A stretch of 64,000 nt of DNA from an uncultured delta proteobacterium (GTDB lineage: Bacteria > Myxococcota > UBA727 > VGSZ01). The notes beneath the pieces were generated by a model. That model worked only from the letters and a program-made list of their open reading frames with translations, did not search any database and was not told where the DNA came from. The stretch is taken from contig CAVZJB010000003.1 of NCBI GenBank assembly GCA_963775425.1, forward strand, positions 256,001 to 320,000, in the 5' to 3' direction. How positions within the stretch are numbered: position 1 is the stretch's first letter; the number at the start of each line of letters is the position of its first letter. Shown here in pieces: positions 38,400 through 46,860 of this stretch. The translations under genes and the position numbers were made by a program.

Positions 38400-40502
38400 A
38401 TGAACGCGCTCTACGACTTCGCCAAGGCGGGCGGCTTGCCGCCTTTCTCTTCGATCACGCCGGACCAGGTGGTGCCCGCCGTCCGCAAGCTCCTCGAGGA
38501 GATGGCGGCCGCGCGCGGGTCGCTCGAGGCGCGGGTGGAGCCCACGTGGGCGAGCGCGGTGGAGGCGGTGGCGGACCTGGTGGAGCCGATGGAGCGCGCG
38601 TGGGGCGTCGTCAGCCACCTGAACGCCGTGAAGAACGCGCCGGCGTTGCGCGAGGCCCACCAGACGGCGCAGCCGGAAGTGGTGGCGGCGTTCCTGTCCC
38701 TGGCGCAGTCGGAGCCGCTCTTTCAGGCGCTCGAGGCGCTGCAGGGCTCGCCTGAGCACGAGCGGCTGCCCGCGGGCAGGAAGCGCATCCTCGAAAAGAA
38801 GATCCTCGACGCCAAGCTCTCCGGCATCGCGCTCCCGCCCGCCGAGCGCGAGCGCTTCACGGCCATCGAGCAGGAGCTGAGCGAGCTCGGCACCAGGTTC
38901 CAAAACCACGTGCTCGACGCCACCAAGGCGTGGCAGGTGACGCTCACGGCGGCGTCCGAGGTGGAGGGGCTGCCGCCGAGCGCGCTGGCGATGGCGTCGG
39001 CGGCAGCGCGCGCCGCGGGTCACCCGTCGTCCACGCCGGAGGCGGGGCCGTGGCGATTCACGCTCGACTACCCGAGCTTCGATCCGGTGATGCGCTACGC
39101 CGTGCGACGCGAGCTGCGCGAGAAGATGTACCGCGCGTACGTCACGCGCGCCTCCGAGCTCGACGCCGGCGCGCCCGATCCCGACGGCGGCGAGGGCCGC
39201 GACAATCGCGCGCTCATCGATCGCATCCTCGAGCTGCGGCGGGACAAGGCGAAGGTCCTCGGCTTCGCCACGTACGCCGAGCTGTCGTTGGCAACCAAGA
39301 TGGCGCCGTCCGTCGACGAGGTGGAGCGGCTCCTCGGCGAGCTCCTGCGCGCGTCGCGCCCTGCGGCGGAGAAGGAGCTGGCGGAGCTGAAGGTGCTCGC
39401 CGCGCAGATGGGCAAGCAGGCCGACGTCGCCCATTGGGACGTGCCCTTCTACGCCGAGCGCCTGCGCGAGCAGCGCTACGCCTACTCCGAGGAGGAGCTG
39501 CGCCCGTACTTCCCGCTGCCCGTGGTGCTCGACGGCCTCTTCGCCCTCGTCAAACGCCTGTTCGGCGTGGAGGTGCGCGAGGCGGAGGCGCCCCGCTGGC
39601 ACGACGACGTGCGCTTCTTTCGCCTCCACGACGACGGCGGCGCCCACGTCGCCTCGTTCTATCTCGATCCCTACGCGCGGCCCGCGGAGAAGCGCGGCGG
39701 CGCGTGGATGGACGACTGCATCACCCGCCGGCGCATGCAAAAGGGCGTCCGCGAGCCCGTCGCGTACCTGTGCTGCAACGGCAGCCCTCCCGTCGACGGC
39801 AAGCCCTCGCTGATGACCTTCCGCGAGGTGGAGACGCTCTTTCACGAGTTCGGCCACGGCCTGCAGCACATGCTCACGCGCGTGGACGACGTCGACGCCA
39901 GCGGCATCCGCGGCGTGGAGTGGGACGCCGTGGAGCTGCCGAGCCAGTTCATGGAGAACTGGTGCACGCACAAAGAGACGCTCATCGGCATGTCCAAGCA
40001 CGTCGACACCGGCGCGCCCTTGCCGGTGGAGCTGTTCGAGAAGGTGAAGGCCGCGAAGACCTTCCGCGCGGCGAGCCAGATGCTCCGCCAGATCCAATTC
40101 GCGCGCGTCGACCTCGAGCTGCACCACGGCTATGGGCCGGGCAAGGGCAGCGTCTTCGACGTCAACAAGCGCATCGCCGGCGAGGTGCTCTTGATGCCGC
40201 CGCTGCCGGAGGACCGCTTCCTCTGCAGCTTCAGCCACATCTTCGCCGGCGGCTACGCGGCCGGCTACTACAGCTACAAGTGGGCCGAGGTCCTGTCGGC
40301 CGACGCCTACGGCGCCTTCGAGGAGGCCGGGCTCGACGACGACAAGAAGCTCGCCGACACCGGCAAGCGCTTCCGCGAGACCGTGCTCGCCCTGGGCGGT
40401 AGCGTGCACCCGCTCGAGGTGTTCCGCGCCTTCCGCGGCCGCGACCCCTCCACCGAGGCGCTCTTGCGCCACGCGGGCCTGAAGGCGGCCTCCGTGGGGT
40501 GA
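38400..40502 (+). CDS. prlC: Oligopeptidase A (M3 family)
   Basis: KRGGAWMD, FHEFGHGLQH, WDAVELPSQFMENW, GYAAGYYSYKWAE. Confidence 0.95.
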   Translation: MNALYDFAKAGGLPPFSSITPDQVVPAVRKLLEEMAAARGSLEARVEPTWASAVEAVADLVEPMERAWGVVSHLNAVKNAPALREAHQTAQPEVVAAFLSLAQSEPLFQALEALQGSPEHERLPAGRKRILEKKILDAKLSGIALPPAERERFTAIEQELSELGTRFQNHVLDATKAWQVTLTAASEVEGLPPSALAMASAAARAAGHPSSTPEAGPWRFTLDYPSFDPVMRYAVRRELREKMYRAYVTRASELDAGAPDPDGGEGRDNRALIDRILELRRDKAKVLGFATYAELSLATKMAPSVDEVERLLGELLRASRPAAEKELAELKVLAAQMGKQADVAHWDVPFYAERLREQRYAYSEEELRPYFPLPVVLDGLFALVKRLFGVEVREAEAPRWHDDVRFFRLHDDGGAHVASFYLDPYARPAEKRGGAWMDDCITRRRMQKGVREPVAYLCCNGSPPVDGKPSLMTFREVETLFHEFGHGLQHMLTRVDDVDASGIRGVEWDAVELPSQFMENWCTHKETLIGMSKHVDTGAPLPVELFEKVKAAKTFRAASQMLRQIQFARVDLELHHGYGPGKGSVFDVNKRIAGEVLLMPPLPEDRFLCSFSHIFAGGYAAGYYSYKWAEVLSADAYGAFEEAGLDDDKKLADTGKRFRETVLALGGSVHPLEVFRAFRGRDPSTEALLRHAGLKAASVG

Positions 40503-40724
40503 GGCCGACGGGGCGGGCCGCCGCGCGGCGGCGCCGGGCGGCCGTGCGGCGCCGCTTGCCGAGCGGATGCGTCGTCCCTACATCGAGTTTGGCGCTCGTC
40601 TCCCCACGGGTGCTCGCTGCCGCGCGTCCGGGCGCCCCCTCCCGGCGCGCGGCGGTGTTTTCTCCCGGCCACGCGGCCGCTCTTCGTGCGTCCAGCGCAA
40701 CAGATCGCGCGCGCGCGCAACGGC

Positions 40725-41447
40725 TCAGGAAGGGGACAGGCCGACGGCGGCGGCGACGGCGTCTTTGTACGCGAGCCAGCCGTCGAGGACGGCCCGCATG
40801 GATTCGAGCACGCGCGGGCGCGCTGCATCGTCGATGTGGTCGAGCACCGTGCGCCACGCGGCGGCCCGGTGGCCGCCCTCCACGTCGCGATGGATGCGGG
40901 GCAGGGCCAGCGCCGCGAGCGGCAGTCCGTAGTGCACGTGCAGCGGGTGCTGCTCCAGCGGCGGCATGGGACGCTTGGGCGCGCCGGGGTCGAGCTCGCC
41001 GCGCTCGTACTGCGTTCCCTCGATGAAGATCGTCGTCACCGCGGCGGCCGCTTCCCAGCCCTGGCCCTGCGTCCATGCGTCGACGGCGTCTCTGAAGCGC
41101 CTCGTGCCGGGGAGGAGCTCGATGGCGTCGAAGCGCTTCATGTCGCAGCCGAAGCCGCGCGGGATCTCGAGGAACAGCACGGGGTGCGGCTTGCCGGCGG
41201 CGATGGCGCCGGTCTCCTCTTCGTAGAGGTTCTCGGCGAGGTCGCGCCGCACCGCTGCGATGGGGCACTGCACATACGCCCGCCCGACGAAGATCGGGAA
41301 GTCGCGGACGAACGAGCCGTACTCCTGCTCGAAGTGGAGGTGCATCTTGTCGCGCGCCACGCCGCCGTGCGCGAACGCGTCGGCCGACCAATGCACCTTC
41401 CGCTCCATCACCTCGAGCAGCGCTTCTCGAAAACCGTCGCGATCCAT
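40725..41447 (-). CDS. PqqC/TenA/CADD-like heme-oxygenase-fold protein
   Basis: ENLYEEETG...HP, IEG, HRDVEGGH metal-ligand pattern. Confidence 0.8.
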   Translation of the reverse strand: MDRDGFREALLEVMERKVHWSADAFAHGGVARDKMHLHFEQEYGSFVRDFPIFVGRAYVQCPIAAVRRDLAENLYEEETGAIAAGKPHPVLFLEIPRGFGCDMKRFDAIELLPGTRRFRDAVDAWTQGQGWEAAAAVTTIFIEGTQYERGELDPGAPKRPMPPLEQHPLHVHYGLPLAALALPRIHRDVEGGHRAAAWRTVLDHIDDAARPRVLESMRAVLDGWLAYKDAVAAAVGLSPS

Positions 41448-41553
41448 GTCTTGCCAGCATTGCGTCGGCACACCCCGCGCGCAAATTCGGTGCGCGCGCC
41501 GTCACTCGTCGCACACGTCGCGACGCTGGCCGCGCAGTGGCACGAGGCGTGCT

Positions 41554-41599
41554 TTCGGTTCGGTTCGTGTCGTGTTGTGTCGTGTGGCGTTGTGTTGTG
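41554..41599. repeat. Degenerate pentanucleotide microsatellite (TCGGT/TCGTG/TTGTG)
   Basis: ttcggttcggttcgtgtcgtgttgtgtcgtgtggcgttgtgttgtg. Confidence 0.7.
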
Positions 41600-41691
41600 C
41601 GCCGGTCCTCGACGGACCCAAGCGCGAGCGGATCGCGCGCCCGCGGAGCGCCCTCCCGCACAGCGGCGCGCGATTCCGCACGGAGTCTCCG

Positions 41692-43536
41692 ATGACGAAC
41701 CCATCCCCGCCGACGCCCCCCATCGACTTCCTCGACGGCGCCGGCCGCTTCGTCTTCTTCACCGGCAAAGGCGGCGTCGGAAAGACCTCGCTCGCGTGCG
41801 CGGCGGCCATCTCCGTGGCCGACCACGGCAAGCGGGTCCTGCTCGTCTCCACCGACCCGGCGTCGAACCTCGACGAGATGCTCGGCGAGCAGCTCTCCGA
41901 GCGCCCCACGCCGATCACCGGCGTCCCGCGGCTTTGGGCGATGAACATCGACCCCGACGCCGCCGCCGCCGCGTATCGCGAGCGCGTCATCGCGCCGTAC
42001 CAGGGCGTCTGGTCGGAGCCGGAGATCCACTCCCTGCAGGAGCAGCTCGCCGGCGTCTGCACGACGGAGATCGCCGCGTTCGACGAGCTCGCCCGGCTCC
42101 TCGCCGGCGACGCGGACAGCGACGGCTTCGACCACGTCTTCTTCGACACGGCGCCCACGGGCCACACGCTGCGCCTGTTGAGCCTCCCGCGCGCGTGGAC
42201 CGGCTACCTGAAGTCGACGCCGGAGGGCGCGTCCTGCCTCGGGCCGCACGCGGGGCTGAAGATGCAGGAGGCGCGCTTTGCGGAGTCGCTGGCGGCCCTC
42301 GGCGACGCGGCGCGGACCCGCATCGTCCTCGTCACGCGTCCGGATCGCGCCGCGTTGCGCGAGGCCGCGCGGACCTCCGGGGAGCTCGCCGCGCTGGGCA
42401 TGAAGAACCAGCACCTCGTCGTCAACGCCGTGTTTCGCGCGGCCGACGGCGCCGATCCGGTGGCTGCGGCGCTCGAGGATCGCGGTCGCGCGGCCCTCGA
42501 CGAGATGCCGCCGGCGCTGCGCACGCTGCCCGTCACGCGCCTCCCGTTGCGCGCCTTCAACATGGTCGGGCTCACGGCGCTGCGCGCGCTCCTCGACGAC
42601 AACAAGGCCGCCGCGCTGACGCGCCCGGCGCCGGCGCGGCCCCGGCCGGCGCTGCCCCTCCTGTCGGCGCTCGTCGACGAGATCGCCGCCGCCGGCCACG
42701 GCCTCGTCATGGTGATGGGCAAGGGCGGCGTCGGCAAGACCACCATCGCCTGCGCGGTCGCCGCCGAGCTCGCGTCGCGCGGCCATCGCGTGCACCTGAG
42801 CACCACGGACCCGGCCGCCCACGTGGCGACGACGCTCGCCGGAACGCTCGAGAACCTGAGCATCAGCCGTATCGATCCCGCCGTGGAGACCAAGGCGTAC
42901 GTCGACCGCGTGATGGCCACCCGCGGCGCCGCGCTCGACGACGCCGGACGCGCGCTCCTCGCGGAGGACCTTCGCTCTCCTTGCTACGAGGAGGTCGCCG
43001 TCTTCGCGGCGTTCTCCCGGCTCGTGTCACAGGCGCGCACGAGCTTCGTCGTCGTCGACACCGCGCCGACCGGACACACGCTGCTGCTGCTCGACGCCAC
43101 CGGCAGCTACCATCGCGAGATCATGCGCCACGATTCGCCGTTGCAGCCCGCGCACCTGGTCACGCCGATGATGAAGCTGCGCGATCCGCAATACACCAAG
43201 GTCCTCCTCGTCACGCTCGCCGAGACGACGCCGGTCTCCGAGGGGGCGCGACTCCAGGCGGACCTCCGCAGGGCGCAGATCGATCCCTTCGCCTGGGTGA
43301 TCAACAGCAGCATCGCCGCCGCGGGCTCGACGGACCCATGCCTCGAGCAACGCATCGCCGCGGAGCTCGAGCAGATGGCGGTGGTCCGCGAACAGCACGC
43401 GACGAAGCTCGCCGTGGTGCCCTGGATGACGACGGAGCCCGTGGGGCCCGAGCGGCTCCTCGCGCTCGCGCGCGGCGCGCCCGTGGCGGCCGCCGCCTCC
43501 TCCGCCGTCGAAAACGTCAGCGCGCAGCCAGCGTGA
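41692..43536 (+). CDS. arsA: Arsenical pump-driving ATPase
   Basis: Two GKGGVGKT and two DTAPTGH motifs; metalloid-binding Cys in VCTTE, SCLGP and SPC. Confidence 0.95.
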   Translation: MTNPSPPTPPIDFLDGAGRFVFFTGKGGVGKTSLACAAAISVADHGKRVLLVSTDPASNLDEMLGEQLSERPTPITGVPRLWAMNIDPDAAAAAYRERVIAPYQGVWSEPEIHSLQEQLAGVCTTEIAAFDELARLLAGDADSDGFDHVFFDTAPTGHTLRLLSLPRAWTGYLKSTPEGASCLGPHAGLKMQEARFAESLAALGDAARTRIVLVTRPDRAALREAARTSGELAALGMKNQHLVVNAVFRAADGADPVAAALEDRGRAALDEMPPALRTLPVTRLPLRAFNMVGLTALRALLDDNKAAALTRPAPARPRPALPLLSALVDEIAAAGHGLVMVMGKGGVGKTTIACAVAAELASRGHRVHLSTTDPAAHVATTLAGTLENLSISRIDPAVETKAYVDRVMATRGAALDDAGRALLAEDLRSPCYEEVAVFAAFSRLVSQARTSFVVVDTAPTGHTLLLLDATGSYHREIMRHDSPLQPAHLVTPMMKLRDPQYTKVLLVTLAETTPVSEGARLQADLRRAQIDPFAWVINSSIAAAGSTDPCLEQRIAAELEQMAVVREQHATKLAVVPWMTTEPVGPERLLALARGAPVAAAASSAVENVSAQPA

Positions 43537-46500
43537 CGACGAGCTTTCGCTTGCGCCCCTGGCGCTCGACGACGACGGCGACCTTGTCGCCGGGCGCGTG
43601 CGCCTTGAGCAGGTCGCTGTAGCTCCGCAGGTCGGTGACGGGCTTGTCGTCGAAGCGCACGAGCACGTCGCCCTTCTTCAGCCCGAGCTGCTCCGCGGGC
43701 GAGCCGGGGACCACGCCGTCGACGCGCACGCCGGGGCCGGCGAAGGTCATGTCCGGCACGGTGCCGAGGGAAGCCTTGCGCACGCCCCCGGGCGTCGCGG
43801 CTCCGCCCGCCGTCGCCCCACCCGCGGCCCCCGCCTTCGCCGCGGCCGCCACCGCCCCGGAGAGGTGGAGCGGGTCGGTGCGGTCCGCGAGGTACGCCAC
43901 CGCTTCGCGCGCGACGACGGCCGTGTCGACGAGGCTGTTGCCCTCGACCTTGTCGGGCGTGTCGCTCGGTCGGTGGTAGTCGGTGTTCGGGCCCGAGAAG
44001 AGCTGGACGGCGGGCACGCCCGCATCGAGGAACGCCTTCTGATCGGACGCGCCCCCGCCCTGCGGCGCGAGCTGCGTGGCGACGCCGGTGGTGAAGCCGA
44101 CGCCCATGAAGATGTGCACCCACTCCGACGCGCTGTCGCCGTCGAGGACGAGGAGCGGCTTGTCGCCGCGCCGACCGACGGTGTCCATGTTGACCATCGC
44201 GAACGGCCGTCGCCCCGCGGCGACCTCGTCCTTCACCCACGCGCGCGAGCCCGTGAGCCCCACCTCCTCCCCGGTGAACGCCGCCAGCTCCACCGTACGC
44301 GCAAACGGCCCCGCCTTCTTCAGCGCGCGCGCGACCTCGAGGAGCACGGCCACGCCGGACGCGTTGTCGTCGGCGCCGGGGTAGACCTTGCCCCTCTTCT
44401 TGCCGAGGTGGTCGACGTGCGCGCCGAGGACCACGGGCGCGAGCGCGGCGTTCTTGCCCGGCAGCGTCGCCACCACCGCGCAGACCGGCGTGCAGGCGGG
44501 CCTGGCCGAGAGCCCCGCGTCGGCGAAGCCGCGCTCCACGAGGGCGAGCGCCGCGTCGAGGTCCTTGGTGCCGTTGCCGCGGCCGTTCATCGCGGAGAGC
44601 TTCTTCACCACGTCGACCATTCGATCGGGATCGAACGGCGGCGGCAGCTTGGCCAACGGGCCCGGCGCCTTCAGCGCCAGCGCGGGCCGCTCGTTGCCGA
44701 GGAACACCGTGAGCGGCGACGCGTCCGGCTCCCACTCGCCCTTGATGCGGTTGTCGACGCCGTCGCCGACGAACGCGAGGTAGCCGTACTTGCCGTAGTG
44801 CGGGAGCTTGCGCGCGAGCAGGTCGATGGCCTTGGCGGTGTGCGCGCCCACGAAGGCCATGCCCTCCGCGCTGTTCACGGGGTCGGCGAGGGCGAACGCC
44901 ACGCTCGTCTTTCCCGGATCGGTGCGCTCGTTCTTCACGCGATCGAAGGTCCACGGCCCCGGCGCGAGGAAGCCGACGTCGTCGAAGTGGGCACCGAAGC
45001 GCGCCGACGACACCACCGCCGCCGCGCGCAGGTCGTTCCCGTACCCGAGCACCCACACCGCGGCGTCTGTTGGCAGGCGCGGCAGCTTCTTGTCGTCGAC
45101 CGAGCTGCACTTCGCGTCGTCGCCGCAGACAGCGGCGGCAAAGCGCTGCCACGCCGCCCGCTCCTCAACCGATGCCAGCGTGGGCATCACGAACACCGTG
45201 CGCGTGGAGCCGAGCGTGCGCGACAGGGACGGCGCGGTCTCGCCGGGGAGGAGCTCGCGGAACACGTCGACGAAGGGATCGATGTCGACGCGCGCGGCCT
45301 TGGCCGGGAGCGCGATGACGGCGTGCGCGGTCTTTTCCCGCATGGGGACCACCGCGGAGACGGCGCGGCCGTCGACGGTGGTGACGACGACGGGCACGTC
45401 CACCGGGAAGGGCGCTTCCTCCTGCGTCTGCTGGAGCGTGACCGCGAGCGTGCGCTTGCCGTGGCGATCCGTCTTTTCGCGCACGTCGGTCCAGCGGATG
45501 CGCGGCGCGCCCGTGCGGTTCACCCACGCGTCGAAGAAGCCGCGGAGGTCTTCCTTGGTGGAAGGCTGAAACGCCTCACGCACGTCGTCGAAGTCGGCGC
45601 GCGCGAAGCGGTGGTCCTTCCACAGGCGCTTGAGCCCCGCCTTGAAGCCCTCGTCGCCGAGCTTCCTGCGCAGCATGTGCACGACCATGAGCCACTTGCC
45701 GTAGCCCACGGCCTCCGACGCCGCCGAGAAGCGCGACTCGAACTGCGAGAGCGGGAAGTCCTTCTTTGGGTCCACCGAGACGAAGTCCTGGTAACGCTGC
45801 AGCGTGGTGCGCCGGTAGGAGACGCCGCGGCCGTTCTGCTCGGCGTCGAGGTGGTCGGCGAGGTACGCGGTGAGACCCTCGCTCCAGTTGCCGTGCGCCT
45901 TGTCGACGAACACGCCGTTGCCCCACCAGTTGTGCAGAAGCTCGTGTGGCCACGACGTGTGCAGGATGAACGGGAACCGCACCACCTGCGGCCCGAGCAG
46001 CGTGAAGCTCGGCATGCCGTAGCCCGTCTCCCAGAAGTTCTCGACGAGGGCGAACTTGCCGTAGGGGTAGGGGCCGATGAGGTCGCGGTAGAGCGCGAGG
46101 TACTGCCCCGTGACCTCGAGGTAGCGCTGCGCGAGCGCCGGGTCGTCCTCGCGGAGCCAGATGAGGACGTCGACGCCGAGCTTTCGCTCCTTGGTCTCTT
46201 TGAAGGGGCCTGCGACGAGGTGGATGTCGTCGGCGGGCGTGGTGGAGATCCAGGCGTCCTTGCCCGCGCCGTCGCCCTCGGACAGCGCGCGCCAGCCCGC
46301 CGGCATGCCGGTGACCTTCACCTTGGACGTGACGAGCTCGTCGGCGATGTGCGGATACCAGAGCGCGTCCCCGCTCAGGTACGCGCCTGCGTCGGCGAGG
46401 GTGCCCGGCGTCTCCGCGAAGGACCGCTGGTGCTCGGTGGCCACCTGCGCCGGCGCGTGGACGATGACCCCGCCGTAGTGGACCACGAGCTTCTTTTGCG

Positions 46501-46753
46501 GCTTGTCGAACGTGACGGAGATCTTCTCCGCCGGCACCGCGCCGCCGGGGGGCAGGGGGCTCACCGCGACCTTGCCCCCGTCGACGGTGGGCGACAGGCC
46601 GGCGTGCAACACGAGGTTGACGCTCGCTTGTTCACTGCCGAGGGTCATGGTGTCGACCACGTCGATGCGGTGCTTTTGGACGTCGAGGGTGACGGAGAGG
46701 TCGTGGTCGACGACGGGGGCGGCGACGGCGAGGAGCGCAGCGAGACCAAGCAT
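43517..46753 (-). CDS. Secreted M1 aminopeptidase + M28 peptidase + PDZ fusion
   Basis: HELLHNWWGN...WSEGL (M1); GAHVDHLG, GADDNASG, TGEE, YH (M28); C-terminal PDZ (GSPAEQLGLKKGD). Confidence 0.9.
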   Translation of the reverse strand: MLGLAALLAVAAPVVDHDLSVTLDVQKHRIDVVDTMTLGSEQASVNLVLHAGLSPTVDGGKVAVSPLPPGGAVPAEKISVTFDKPQKKLVVHYGGVIVHAPAQVATEHQRSFAETPGTLADAGAYLSGDALWYPHIADELVTSKVKVTGMPAGWRALSEGDGAGKDAWISTTPADDIHLVAGPFKETKERKLGVDVLIWLREDDPALAQRYLEVTGQYLALYRDLIGPYPYGKFALVENFWETGYGMPSFTLLGPQVVRFPFILHTSWPHELLHNWWGNGVFVDKAHGNWSEGLTAYLADHLDAEQNGRGVSYRRTTLQRYQDFVSVDPKKDFPLSQFESRFSAASEAVGYGKWLMVVHMLRRKLGDEGFKAGLKRLWKDHRFARADFDDVREAFQPSTKEDLRGFFDAWVNRTGAPRIRWTDVREKTDRHGKRTLAVTLQQTQEEAPFPVDVPVVVTTVDGRAVSAVVPMREKTAHAVIALPAKAARVDIDPFVDVFRELLPGETAPSLSRTLGSTRTVFVMPTLASVEERAAWQRFAAAVCGDDAKCSSVDDKKLPRLPTDAAVWVLGYGNDLRAAAVVSSARFGAHFDDVGFLAPGPWTFDRVKNERTDPGKTSVAFALADPVNSAEGMAFVGAHTAKAIDLLARKLPHYGKYGYLAFVGDGVDNRIKGEWEPDASPLTVFLGNERPALALKAPGPLAKLPPPFDPDRMVDVVKKLSAMNGRGNGTKDLDAALALVERGFADAGLSARPACTPVCAVVATLPGKNAALAPVVLGAHVDHLGKKRGKVYPGADDNASGVAVLLEVARALKKAGPFARTVELAAFTGEEVGLTGSRAWVKDEVAAGRRPFAMVNMDTVGRRGDKPLLVLDGDSASEWVHIFMGVGFTTGVATQLAPQGGGASDQKAFLDAGVPAVQLFSGPNTDYHRPSDTPDKVEGNSLVDTAVVAREAVAYLADRTDPLHLSGAVAAAAKAGAAGGATAGGAATPGGVRKASLGTVPDMTFAGPGVRVDGVVPGSPAEQLGLKKGDVLVRFDDKPVTDLRSYSDLLKAHAPGDKVAVVVERQGRKRKLVVTLAAR

Positions 46754-46792
46754 GGCCGGACCTTATCGCGCGCCCGGCGAAAGGATCACGCC

Positions 46793-46817
46793 GGAGCGCG
46801 GGGGCTCGTCTCCCGCC
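46793..46817 (+). repeat. Dispersed degenerate copy of the GTAG-REP
   Basis: ggagcgcgggggctcgtctcccgcc versus gtagggcgggggctcgtcccccgcc (22/25 identical). Confidence 0.6.
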
Positions 46818-46860
46818 GAGGGTTCGGCCGCCCCGCCGTCGGCATTGGCAGGGCCCGCCC

